Shown: one piece after another, positions 8,675-17,252 of the stretch
Layout: every line of letters starts with the position of its first letter
Position numbering within the stretch: the stretch's first letter is position 1
Origin: Alphaproteobacteria bacterium
GTDB lineage: Bacteria; Pseudomonadota; Alphaproteobacteria; UBA2966; CAIVPW01
Assembly (NCBI GenBank): GCA_018658465.1
Contig: JABHVE010000016.1
Span: 1-57,308 of the forward strand
DNA length: 57,308 bases
Reading direction: 5' to 3'
The notes under the pieces: generated by a model
Database searches by the model: none
Told to the model about the DNA's origin: nothing
What the model saw: only the letters and a program-made list of their open reading frames with translations
Position numbers and translations under genes: made by a program

Positions 8675-10216
8675 ATGAACGCTCCTCTGATCCTTGGTGT
8701 CTCCGCCAGCCTTCGCAATGCCCGTTCCAAGCGTGGCTCAGATGATCTTGTTGGCCAGATTTCCACCCTCGTTGATCGTGAGGCCTTGAACGAATTCATT
8801 GACGAACAAGCCAACATCCATGTTGAGCAATTCCTTGAAGCCGGTCGGTCCGAGGGCCTTCCGTTTGACGAACTCTACCTTCGACTGCGCAAGATGGGCG
8901 GGCATCGAGGCTTATCGAACAGCGAAGTGTGCTTGGCTGCGGCCCTGTGGGCGGCAAAAAACCAAGGCTGCGATATCGAAAATATTGCGTTGCATGACCA
9001 TTTTCCCGCTGATGGAGAGGCGCGGGATTTGGATGACCTGAAAGAGCGGGTCATGCGCGCCGACGGTATTTTGCTTTCATCCCCCGTCTATTTCGGCGAC
9101 CGCAGCTCCCTTAGCCAAAATTTCATTGAACTCCTTCGCGGTGACCCGGAATTACGCGAGGCAATGAAGGCAAAAATCTATGCCGGATTGGCCGTTGGCG
9201 CCAAGCGTAACGGCGGCCAGGAAACCACCCTGATTTACCAGATGTTGGACTTCTTGAATTTGGGAGCCCTGGCGGTCGGCAACGATTCCGAAACGACCTC
9301 CCAATATGGCGGGACCGCCCATGCTGGCGACATCGGAACGGTAGTCGCCGACAAGTATGGCATTGACACAAGCCTGGGCACCGGGCGTCGCATTGCCCGC
9401 GTTGCAAAGCAAATGAAATCAGCGGAAGAAGTGCGGCTGCGGGACAAGCCGATCCTAAATTTTTGGTCTCTCCAGGACAGTGGAGGCCAACTTGGAAAAT
9501 GGATGCAGCCACTTTTGGACAGCGCCAAACCAAACGCCGACATCATCCAATGCGATCTTTTGTCTCAACCAATTCGGCCCTGTTTGGCGTGCGACATTTG
9601 CCCGATCCATGTGGGCCCGGACCAGGAATACCGTTGCATCATCAAGCGCAAATCGGACGGTGTCGTTGCCGCACATCAGGATTTGTTGTCCGGAGACGTC
9701 ATTGTGCCTGCGGTTTTTTCACCCGTAGATCGTCAAGGCCTGGAGACGGCGTATCAGGAATTTATGGAGCGATCGCGGTATTTGCGGCGCGGGGACTATG
9801 TGTTCACAGATCGCCTGGTCGCACCGTTGGTAATCGAAGAAGTTGGGGCAAACGAGAATTTGGACATCCGCCTGATGACGTCCTTTATTCGCCACCACAC
9901 TGTGATGATGAAACCAATTATCGGTTTGATTTACGAAGACAAGCTAATCAATGAAGCTGAAGTGCTCCAAGGGATGGCGGATGCCGTCGCCGCAGGTGCT
10001 AAGCTCGCCGCGGGGCGCCTGGCCATGGCGTCATTGAATGATGAAAGCGTCCGGTACAATCCAGTCGGGTATGTTCTGTCACGAGAAAAAGACAACGACC
10101 CAATCACAATGAATCAGCGCGCCAAATCAAGCGACGAGCGCATGACTCGCTTGGGGGCAGAGGCGAAAACCCGGTTGGAGACCCAGCAACCTGATGAAAA
10201 ATTCATCGCGAGCTAG
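8675..10216 (+). CDS. Tandem flavodoxin-like (NADPH-dependent FMN reductase / iron-sulfur flavoprotein-like) protein, 513 aa
   Basis: The N-half has ILGVSASLRNARS and ADGILLSSPVYFGDRSS, the FMN-reductase signature. The C-half repeats the pattern (ILNFWSLQDSGG ... GDVIVPAVFSPVD) and carries a compact cysteine motif, PCLACDICP...YRC, like Isf-type 4Fe-4S sites. Confidence 0.6.
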   Translation: MNAPLILGVSASLRNARSKRGSDDLVGQISTLVDREALNEFIDEQANIHVEQFLEAGRSEGLPFDELYLRLRKMGGHRGLSNSEVCLAAALWAAKNQGCDIENIALHDHFPADGEARDLDDLKERVMRADGILLSSPVYFGDRSSLSQNFIELLRGDPELREAMKAKIYAGLAVGAKRNGGQETTLIYQMLDFLNLGALAVGNDSETTSQYGGTAHAGDIGTVVADKYGIDTSLGTGRRIARVAKQMKSAEEVRLRDKPILNFWSLQDSGGQLGKWMQPLLDSAKPNADIIQCDLLSQPIRPCLACDICPIHVGPDQEYRCIIKRKSDGVVAAHQDLLSGDVIVPAVFSPVDRQGLETAYQEFMERSRYLRRGDYVFTDRLVAPLVIEEVGANENLDIRLMTSFIRHHTVMMKPIIGLIYEDKLINEAEVLQGMADAVAAGAKLAAGRLAMASLNDESVRYNPVGYVLSREKDNDPITMNQRAKSSDERMTRLGAEAKTRLETQQPDEKFIAS

Positions 10217-10243
10217 GGTAGCCAAAGGTAACTCTCCAAATCT

Positions 10244-12115
10244 ATGAACCCACCCACGACCAATGGTGCGGCAACTTTGCCTTTGCCCGAAGCGGAGTCA
10301 TGGGCAGATATCGAAGTTGTCTACGCCGACTCTCGATCTGCCTTGGAGGCCGCTTGGGCCAAAGGTCTTTCGCGGGAAGCCGAAGTTAGAACATCATCAC
10401 CGGGGCTACTGATGGACCCCGAAATCGATGTGACCGCAACGGACGTGAAATTCCCCCCTGAACGACTAGGCGAATTTTACAGCGAGGTAATCGCGTGGGC
10501 GAAGGCGCTGTATCAGGAAATGGAGGCAAACCCGGATTTGGCAGCCTCAGCTTTAGTCGCAGCGCGCCGCATTTCCAGATTCCAGACTCAGATTTTTAAG
10601 ATCACGACTCTGACCGAAGACGATTTTAATCGACCAGTGGCTGTCTTGACATACGATGTTGATACATTGTTGCCTCGCAGAATTCTGACAACACCCCTGG
10701 CCAGAGTTCTTGAAGGGGCTACCGGTTTTCGCGAATTTAGGCTTCCCGAAAATGTACTATCGTTTGACCGACCATTATTGGGTCCGCCGCCCAGCGTTCG
10801 GGATCGCCTAAAAGTCGCGTCCTGGGCAGCAAAAGTGTATCGGGTGGCTGTTACCTTCTGGGAAAAGGTCCCCGCCGGATCGCCCCGCGGAACGGTGTTG
10901 GTGTTCGGTGAAAATTCCTTGATCAAAGAGACGGCCTACGAATTCGTGAAGGTCGGATACGGATTGCGGAGATTGCAGGCCCCAATCCTTGATCCAAATC
11001 CACCGCCGTCAAAAACGGTTTCGGTCCGAATGAATTGGCTTGGCCCCAAAATAGCGGAAAAATTTGCAACCTGGCTCACACCCTCCGCAGTCGGGCCGGC
11101 GGTAGAGTATTTGCTGTCAGACATCGATAGCTGCGTCTCGCAATTTGACGTTGCCCTGGAACATTGGCAAAAAACTTTGGCGGCCCTAAAAAAATATGAA
11201 CCTCGGTTTTTGATGGTCAATCTTGTTAACAGTCCTCAGGCAGCAGCGTTGTGTGTTGCGGCAAAAGAACAAAATATTCCGGTGATCTGTTTCCAACACG
11301 GGGTAGCCCGAGAATTGGGATTGGTGGGTGATCGGGACGAAGTTTGGTTTGAGACCACGTCGGCTGATATCTTTTTCACGCACACGGACGAGGCCGCAAA
11401 AATCACAAACTCCAGTGGAATCGGAGCGGGCAAATCGATTCCCGTTGGATTGGAACAAGAGTATCGCCGAGCCGGACGGCAGAAACCCACGAACATGTCT
11501 GCACCTCCGATTTGGTACATTTCAACCATGCTCCACATCGGCAACCTGCAGATGGTGAACCGCGGTATGCGCGATCTGGACCAAACAAAATTCGAGGTTC
11601 GCGTCATTGATGACGTACTAGCGAAACTGCCACACCGGGTCTTGCATAAACCCTACCCGTCCAGCCGGTATCCAGATCGTGACCCGGTCATGGCCCATGC
11701 GCGCCAAGCCCCAAACATCGAAGTGTATGACGAAGCCGGTGATCTTCGGTACATGATCCCGAATAGCAAAATCTTGGTCACCGCCCGCACGTCGTCCACC
11801 ACTGCCATGTGCGTCATGTCTGGAAAGCCGGTGGTATACCTTGTGGTCCCCGGTCGACCCCTTAGCCCCGCGGCCCATGAGGCAATGGCGAAGGGAATTT
11901 TCGTATTCGATACCAGAGAGCCGGGAGCGTTTGACGAATTGAGGGAATTTTTATCCCAACCGATCAAAGACATTGAGGCTCAGTGGAGCGAGCGCGCTGG
12001 GGCCCGTGGAGAATTGATCGAGAATTTTTTTGATATTGGGGGTGGCCGGGCCGGTGCCCGTGCAGCAAATATTTTGAAGCAGTCGAAATTCGGTTCGCTG
12101 CTCCCCGATCAATAA
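10244..12115 (+). CDS. Conserved protein of unknown function, paralog A (possible GT-B/TagF/capsule-synthesis-like transferase)
   Basis: A 623-aa ORF that is collinear with the ORF at 22432-24345. By hand count, 46/64 residues are identical across FQHGVARELGLVGDRDEVWFETTSADIFFTHTDEAAKITNSS..., and 32/39 across DIEVVYADSRS...RTSSP. The C-terminal pattern HKPYP...ILVTARTSST...GKPVVYL is reminiscent of GT-B C-domains. Confidence 0.85.
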   Translation: MNPPTTNGAATLPLPEAESWADIEVVYADSRSALEAAWAKGLSREAEVRTSSPGLLMDPEIDVTATDVKFPPERLGEFYSEVIAWAKALYQEMEANPDLAASALVAARRISRFQTQIFKITTLTEDDFNRPVAVLTYDVDTLLPRRILTTPLARVLEGATGFREFRLPENVLSFDRPLLGPPPSVRDRLKVASWAAKVYRVAVTFWEKVPAGSPRGTVLVFGENSLIKETAYEFVKVGYGLRRLQAPILDPNPPPSKTVSVRMNWLGPKIAEKFATWLTPSAVGPAVEYLLSDIDSCVSQFDVALEHWQKTLAALKKYEPRFLMVNLVNSPQAAALCVAAKEQNIPVICFQHGVARELGLVGDRDEVWFETTSADIFFTHTDEAAKITNSSGIGAGKSIPVGLEQEYRRAGRQKPTNMSAPPIWYISTMLHIGNLQMVNRGMRDLDQTKFEVRVIDDVLAKLPHRVLHKPYPSSRYPDRDPVMAHARQAPNIEVYDEAGDLRYMIPNSKILVTARTSSTTAMCVMSGKPVVYLVVPGRPLSPAAHEAMAKGIFVFDTREPGAFDELREFLSQPIKDIEAQWSERAGARGELIENFFDIGGGRAGARAANILKQSKFGSLLPDQ

Positions 12116-12121
12116 TCCACA

Positions 12122-13021
12122 ATGCAGTTGGCCCTTGGCACTGTTCAATTCGGACTGGATTATGGGATTTCCAACAGCCATGGAAAATGCCTCCCCGCCG
12201 AAGCAGAAAAAATTGTCGGACAAGCGATCAAGGCTGGCGTGAGTGTTATCGATACGGCCCCCACGTATGGGGAATCCGAAGAGGTTCTGGGCAAAATACT
12301 CCCCACCGATCATTCTTTTAACATTGTCACGAAAACGCCAAGTTTCGCTGCGGCCTCCTCGCCGCCCATGGCAGCAGATCTGGTCGAAGAAACCCTGATT
12401 AATTCTCTGACTAGACTGAAGTCCGACAAAATCTATGGGATCCTTGTTCATCTTGCTGACGAACTTTTTTCTGACTTGGGTCAGGCTGTGTTCGACCGCC
12501 TTGGCTCTTTGCGTGACCAAGGAATCGTTCGCAAGATCGGTGTTTCCGTATATTCGGCAGAGCATATTGATCGCTTGGTACCAAAATTTCCGATCCAAGT
12601 TGTGCAGGCACCCGTCAACATTTTTGACCAGCGCCTAGTGATCAACGGACAGCTCAATCGGCTAAAGGAATTGGGGATCGAATTTCATGCGCGCTCGATA
12701 TTCTTACAGGGGCTCTTGCTGATGAAACTGAAAAATGATCTGCCAGATCATCTGATACCGCTGGAGCCAGCCTTAGCGCGCTTCCACAAGGACCATGGAG
12801 TGATCGGAATGACCGAGGTAGAAGCCGCCGTTGGGTTTATTTCCCAATTGAGCGAAGTCGATCATGCCGTTGTGGGCGTTACATCTGTGGCGGAATTTGA
12901 CCAAGTCGCTGCCGCTGCCCAGGGCAACTTCGATGTGTCCCTTGAGTGGCCGTCATATGCCGAAACGTCGGATTTTCTGCTTGATCCCAGCCAGTGGCCA
13001 AAACCCAAGTTGAATTCATGA
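12122..13021 (+). CDS. Aldo/keto reductase
   Basis: The N-terminal LGTVQFGLDYG and IDTAPTYGESEEVLG match the AKR signature. Its stop overlaps the next start (ATGA at 13018-13021). Confidence 0.85.
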   Translation: MQLALGTVQFGLDYGISNSHGKCLPAEAEKIVGQAIKAGVSVIDTAPTYGESEEVLGKILPTDHSFNIVTKTPSFAAASSPPMAADLVEETLINSLTRLKSDKIYGILVHLADELFSDLGQAVFDRLGSLRDQGIVRKIGVSVYSAEHIDRLVPKFPIQVVQAPVNIFDQRLVINGQLNRLKELGIEFHARSIFLQGLLLMKLKNDLPDHLIPLEPALARFHKDHGVIGMTEVEAAVGFISQLSEVDHAVVGVTSVAEFDQVAAAAQGNFDVSLEWPSYAETSDFLLDPSQWPKPKLNS

Positions 13022-14013
13022 CCATTCGAATCATGGCCGAGGCCGCCCAAGGGTACGAAGGCAAAATCGAGTACTGCATGACCTATGTCAGCGCCGCGGC
13101 AAAAGCAAACGCCGACGCGGTGAAGTTCCAGATTGTCTATGCCGACGATATTTGCGAGCCCGGCCATGTGCACTATGAGATTTTCAGGTCCCTGGAAATG
13201 CCCACCGAAAATTGGGCGGCGGTAAAAAATTCTGCGGACGAAAAATCCATCCCATTTGTGGCGGAAATTTTTGGCGGGCAAAGTCTGGAAGTCGCTGAAA
13301 TCCTGAAGCCGAACTGGATCAAGATCCATTCCACGGATTTCTTCAATCGCCCGTTGATCAAGCGATCCTTTGAAATAGCCCAGACTGTTTTTGTCTCTGC
13401 CGGTGGCGCCACCGAGGACGAAATCACCAATTTAGTTGATGAGATTTCCAGCTGGGGAAGCGCCAGTCAACTTGTTCTTCTGTACGGCTTTCAGGCGGAG
13501 CCCACCCCGATCGAAAAAAGTGGATTGGCCAAAATTCCCGTTCTGCGGAAACGGTTTCCGGATATTGAATTGGGATATCTAGATCACACAGCAGGTGAGT
13601 CCGAAGATCGCGTCCACGTGTCAGCAATGGCGATGGCACTTGGCGTCCATTGGATTGAGAAACACATCACCCTTAGTCGATTTTTAGAAGTCGAAGATTT
13701 TGTTTCAGCCTTAGAACCAGATGAGTTCGCGAACTACGTGCAGGCAATGCACCGCCTTTCCGGCGCGTTCGGTGCCGCCGACCTTTCCCTTTCCGACGAG
13801 GAAAAGACTTACCGCGACAAAGCCATGAAAAAGGTCTTGGCCGCGAGAGACCTTGTGGCCGGAGACGTCATCTCCGACTCCGACATCAAATTGATAAGAA
13901 CACCGCGTATCGCTCCGGGTTCTGGTCTTCATGACCCAGCACAGATCATCGGTCAGCGCCTTGCCAACAACCATCGGGCCGGCGAAGCGTTCCAGCCGGG
14001 GGATTTTGAATGA
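13018..14013 (+). CDS. Divergent NeuB/SpsE-family nonulosonic-acid synthase-like protein with C-terminal SAF domain
   Basis: IMAEAAQGYEG...ANADAVKFQ aligns with the NeuB IAEIGxNHNG...AVKFQ N-terminus but has a diverged glycine/His motif. DHT and EKH motifs are present. The C-terminal AARDLVAGDVISDSDIKLIRTP is SAF-like. ATG 13018 is preferred over the track start at 12994. Confidence 0.8.
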   Translation: MTIRIMAEAAQGYEGKIEYCMTYVSAAAKANADAVKFQIVYADDICEPGHVHYEIFRSLEMPTENWAAVKNSADEKSIPFVAEIFGGQSLEVAEILKPNWIKIHSTDFFNRPLIKRSFEIAQTVFVSAGGATEDEITNLVDEISSWGSASQLVLLYGFQAEPTPIEKSGLAKIPVLRKRFPDIELGYLDHTAGESEDRVHVSAMAMALGVHWIEKHITLSRFLEVEDFVSALEPDEFANYVQAMHRLSGAFGAADLSLSDEEKTYRDKAMKKVLAARDLVAGDVISDSDIKLIRTPRIAPGSGLHDPAQIIGQRLANNHRAGEAFQPGDFE

Positions 14014-14762
14014 GGAAGCTAGTGGCGGCATTGGCCTGTCGGGCCGGGGGCGCGCGCCTGTACGGAAAGCCACTTCAACGGCTTGGTGGCGAGGTCACGA
14101 TTTTGGATCAGATTTTGGATACCATTGATCAAATTTCATGCATCGAAACTTCCGTATTGGGTATTTCTGAAGGCAAAGAAAATGCGGTGTTCGCCGACAT
14201 TGCCGACACCCGCGGAATTGCCCACATATTTGGTGACCAACGGGACGTCTTAATGCGACTGATCCAGTGTGGGCGCGCAGCCGGTGCCACCGATGTATTC
14301 CGAATCACCACTGAATGTCCGTTTCTTTGGTTCGAAAGGGTTGATTTTGCGTGGGCAGAACATGTCGAAAACAAGAATGACATCACCGTCACAGACGGGG
14401 CACCCGAAGGGATCAACTTCGAAATCTATTCCATGGATGCGCTGATGAAATGCCACGAACAGGGGGATGATCGGCATCGCAGTGAATATTGCTCGTTGTA
14501 TGCTCGGGAGCATATGGATGATTTCCGCGTGAAAGTTATTAGGCCAGACCCCGAGCTTGATCGGTTGGATATCCGCCTGACGGTCGACAACCCCGAAGAT
14601 TTAGTGGTGTGCCGCGCTGTGTTCAAAGAATTCAAGGATCAAGCCCCATTGATCCCCGCAGCAAGCATTATTCAATTTCTCGATGATCAGCCTAAATTGA
14701 AGGATCTTATCGCGGCCTATGTGGATCCGATTCGCATTTGGCCAGATGGGAACGTTGCATGA
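14010..14762 (+). CDS. SpsF/CMP-sugar-synthetase-like cytidylyltransferase
   Basis: The N-terminal VAALACRAGGARLYGKPLQ is the acylneuraminate cytidylyltransferase-like (CTP_transf_3) signature. It is ATGA-coupled to the synthase gene. Confidence 0.7.
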   Translation: MRKLVAALACRAGGARLYGKPLQRLGGEVTILDQILDTIDQISCIETSVLGISEGKENAVFADIADTRGIAHIFGDQRDVLMRLIQCGRAAGATDVFRITTECPFLWFERVDFAWAEHVENKNDITVTDGAPEGINFEIYSMDALMKCHEQGDDRHRSEYCSLYAREHMDDFRVKVIRPDPELDRLDIRLTVDNPEDLVVCRAVFKEFKDQAPLIPAASIIQFLDDQPKLKDLIAAYVDPIRIWPDGNVA

Positions 14763-16537
14763 CCGGACAACCTAAAAATTCCGATCCCCACCTCGGTAGC
14801 AGCGGCATTGTATTCCTCCGAAAAGCGATTCGAGAGGACCCCATCCGAACCGGGATCATTGTTTTTCTTCTTGTTTTGGCTGGGATAGCAGAAGGAATGG
14901 GGTTCGCTACCGTGCTACCAATCATTTCGGTCGCAAGCGATGGCGGCCTTGGTGATTCCAAACTTGAGAAGTTTGTCAGCAGCGGGCTTGGGGTTTTTGG
15001 TGCTTCACCGACTGTCGGCGCTCTGCTTGTTGTCTTTTTACTGGGAATAATATTGAAAGCGTCGCTTACCCTGCTTGCGATGCGTCATGTTGGGTACACC
15101 GTCGCGCGGATCGCCACAAATTTGCGCCTGGATTTGATCAGATCCGTCATGTCGGCGAATTGGATTTACTATGTGAACCGACCCGTTGGCACGTTTTCCA
15201 ACGCAGTTACGATTGAATCCATGCGATCGGGCCAGCTGTATTCGGCAGCTTACAAAATGTCGTCTGCGGCGTTTCAATCGCTGATCTATATCGGAATTTC
15301 ACTGATGATGTCTTGGCAGATCACAGTGGCCGCAGTCGTTGTTGGGGCCGTGATGTTTTCGTCCATGCGATTTTTGGTAAGAATAGCGCGGCGAGCCGGC
15401 GATGCTCAGGCAATCCACTTCGAAACAATGGTGGTTCGCCTGACGGACGCGCTGTCAGGAATTAAGCCGCTAAAAGCGATGGGATGGGAAGGCCGTCTTC
15501 TTCCCCTGCTGGAGCGCCAGGCCAACAGCCTAAATCTTGCTCTGCGCCGCCAGATAATTAGTGCCGAGGCGATGCGGAATTTGCAGGAGCCAATCATTGC
15601 AATTTTTCTAAGTTTGGGCTTGTTTGTCGCGCTCTCTGTTTTGACTTTGGAGACAACAATCGTTTTTGCAATGGCGGTAATATTTTACCGGACAGTTTCC
15701 AAGGCGGCGGCTGTCCAATTGACGTTCCAAGCAATGGCATCAAACCAGCAGTTTTATGCCAACATCCAAGACAAAATCGATCAGGCCCGACACGCCCAAG
15801 AACGGATCACTGGGGGTCTTGCTCCAAGATTTTCCGACAGCATCACGATCGAGGATGTGCGCTTTTCGTACGGCGAGCACATCGTCCTTGACGGGGTCAG
15901 TTTTGAAATACCATTCGGAACAATCACTACGATTCGCGGCACCTCAGGATCCGGAAAAACGACGTTGGCTGATTTGGTCACGGGATTACTGACCCCAGAC
16001 CAGGGAAAAATTCTCATCGACGGGAAATCTCTTGGCGAAATGGATCTCGCCCAATGGAGAAGTCAAATTGGCTACGTTCCTCAGGAACTATCCCTTCTGC
16101 ATGAAAGCATCCTGACTAATGTCACGTTGACCGATCCTGAATTGTCTAGGGAGGATGCCGAACGGGCTTTGAAAGTCGCCGGCGCTTGGGAATTTGTTTC
16201 ATCGCTTCCTGACGGAATGGACACGATTGCCGGGGAACGCGGCACGCGAATTTCAGGAGGGCAGCGGCAAAGGATAGCTATCGCCCGAGCCCTGGTTCGA
16301 CATCCAAGACTTCTCATCCTCGATGAGGCAACCACCGCGTTGGATCCGGAAACCGAAGCCTCCATTTGCAAAGCGGTGAAACGGTTGTCCACCGATACGG
16401 CTATCCTCGCCATTTCTCACCAGGAGGCGCTTACTGAAATCGCCGACACCCTTTATACCCTCGACCGTGGTGTTGCCACTTTGGTGCGCAAAAACACACC
16501 CGCCAAGCCAAGCCCCCAATCACATGCCGCAAGCTAG
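14759..16537 (+). CDS. Fused TMD-NBD ABC exporter (MsbA/type IV exporter-like)
   Basis: A hydrophobic N-terminal half, then Walker A GTSGSGKTTL, signature ISGGQRQRIAIARAL and Walker B LLILDEATTALD. ATG 14759 overlaps the upstream TGA (ATGA). The track ORF starts at 14738. Confidence 0.9.
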   Translation: MTGQPKNSDPHLGSSGIVFLRKAIREDPIRTGIIVFLLVLAGIAEGMGFATVLPIISVASDGGLGDSKLEKFVSSGLGVFGASPTVGALLVVFLLGIILKASLTLLAMRHVGYTVARIATNLRLDLIRSVMSANWIYYVNRPVGTFSNAVTIESMRSGQLYSAAYKMSSAAFQSLIYIGISLMMSWQITVAAVVVGAVMFSSMRFLVRIARRAGDAQAIHFETMVVRLTDALSGIKPLKAMGWEGRLLPLLERQANSLNLALRRQIISAEAMRNLQEPIIAIFLSLGLFVALSVLTLETTIVFAMAVIFYRTVSKAAAVQLTFQAMASNQQFYANIQDKIDQARHAQERITGGLAPRFSDSITIEDVRFSYGEHIVLDGVSFEIPFGTITTIRGTSGSGKTTLADLVTGLLTPDQGKILIDGKSLGEMDLAQWRSQIGYVPQELSLLHESILTNVTLTDPELSREDAERALKVAGAWEFVSSLPDGMDTIAGERGTRISGGQRQRIAIARALVRHPRLLILDEATTALDPETEASICKAVKRLSTDTAILAISHQEALTEIADTLYTLDRGVATLVRKNTPAKPSPQSHAAS

Positions 16538-16662
16538 TGATCATGGATCGTCATCTTGGGTTTTCCGCTGGCCTTAACGGCGGTATGTTCCGCCTGGAAA
16601 GATTGCCCCTGGCGGTCGATCCGCTTCACGAACGCTATTTCATAATTTTTTGGCCCTCCTGA

Positions 16663-17049
16663 ATGACTCCCCATCGCCTTTCTGACCGCCGATTTGGGCT
16701 GCTGATCGCAACTGCATTGGTCATTCTGACCGGCGTGGTGTGGGCGTTTTCTGGCCACATCATCCGTTGGACCTTGTGGACGTCGGGGACCCTTGCGTTG
16801 ACGGCCTTGGTTGCCCCGGCAGTTCTGTTGCCCCTGAACCGTGTTTGGGGGCAAATTGCCATGCGAATCGGTGCTGTCACCAATTACATCATTTTGGGCG
16901 CGATCCTGTACGCCGTGCTGACGCCCGTGGGCTGGATGTTGCGATTAGCACGGGATTCCATGGCCCGGAAATTCGATCCGCAAGCAGAAACCTATTTGAC
17001 ACCGGTTGAACGCCAATCCGACGCCAAAACTCTCCACGACTGGTTTTAG
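16663..17049 (+). CDS. SxtJ-family small membrane protein
   Basis: A 128-aa protein with three or four hydrophobic helices (FGLLIATALVILTGVVWAF, LALTALVAPAVLL, YIILGAILYAVLTPVGWML). It sits at the position typical of SxtJ-like genes, just upstream of a DUF5989 gene and a carbamoyltransferase gene. Confidence 0.6.
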   Translation: MTPHRLSDRRFGLLIATALVILTGVVWAFSGHIIRWTLWTSGTLALTALVAPAVLLPLNRVWGQIAMRIGAVTNYIILGAILYAVLTPVGWMLRLARDSMARKFDPQAETYLTPVERQSDAKTLHDWF

Positions 17050-17073
17050 GGCCCACAGGTAAGGACACAGGCC

Positions 17074-17226
17074 ATGCTTTCGCTTTTGCGCCAACTGGGG
17101 CGTCACGCCATTGTTTCAAAGAAATTCTGGCTTGTTCCCCTGGTCATTTTCCTGATCGTTTTTGGTGGGATTCTGGTTCTCGCCCAGAATTCGGCTGTAG
17201 CACCGCTGATCTATGCGATTTTCTAA
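17074..17226 (+). CDS. DUF5989 (SxtK-like) 50-aa membrane peptide; absent from the supplied ORF track
   Basis: Hand translation gives MLSLLRQLGRHAIVSKKFWLVPLVIFLIVFGGILVLAQNSAVAPLIYAIF, with stop TAA 17224-17226. The KKFWL...single TM...SAVAPxIYxxF ending is what I recall as the DUF5989 family consensus. Confidence 0.7.
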   Translation: MLSLLRQLGRHAIVSKKFWLVPLVIFLIVFGGILVLAQNSAVAPLIYAIF

Positions 17227-17252
17227 GTAGTCTTGGATAGCGAATTCAGACA

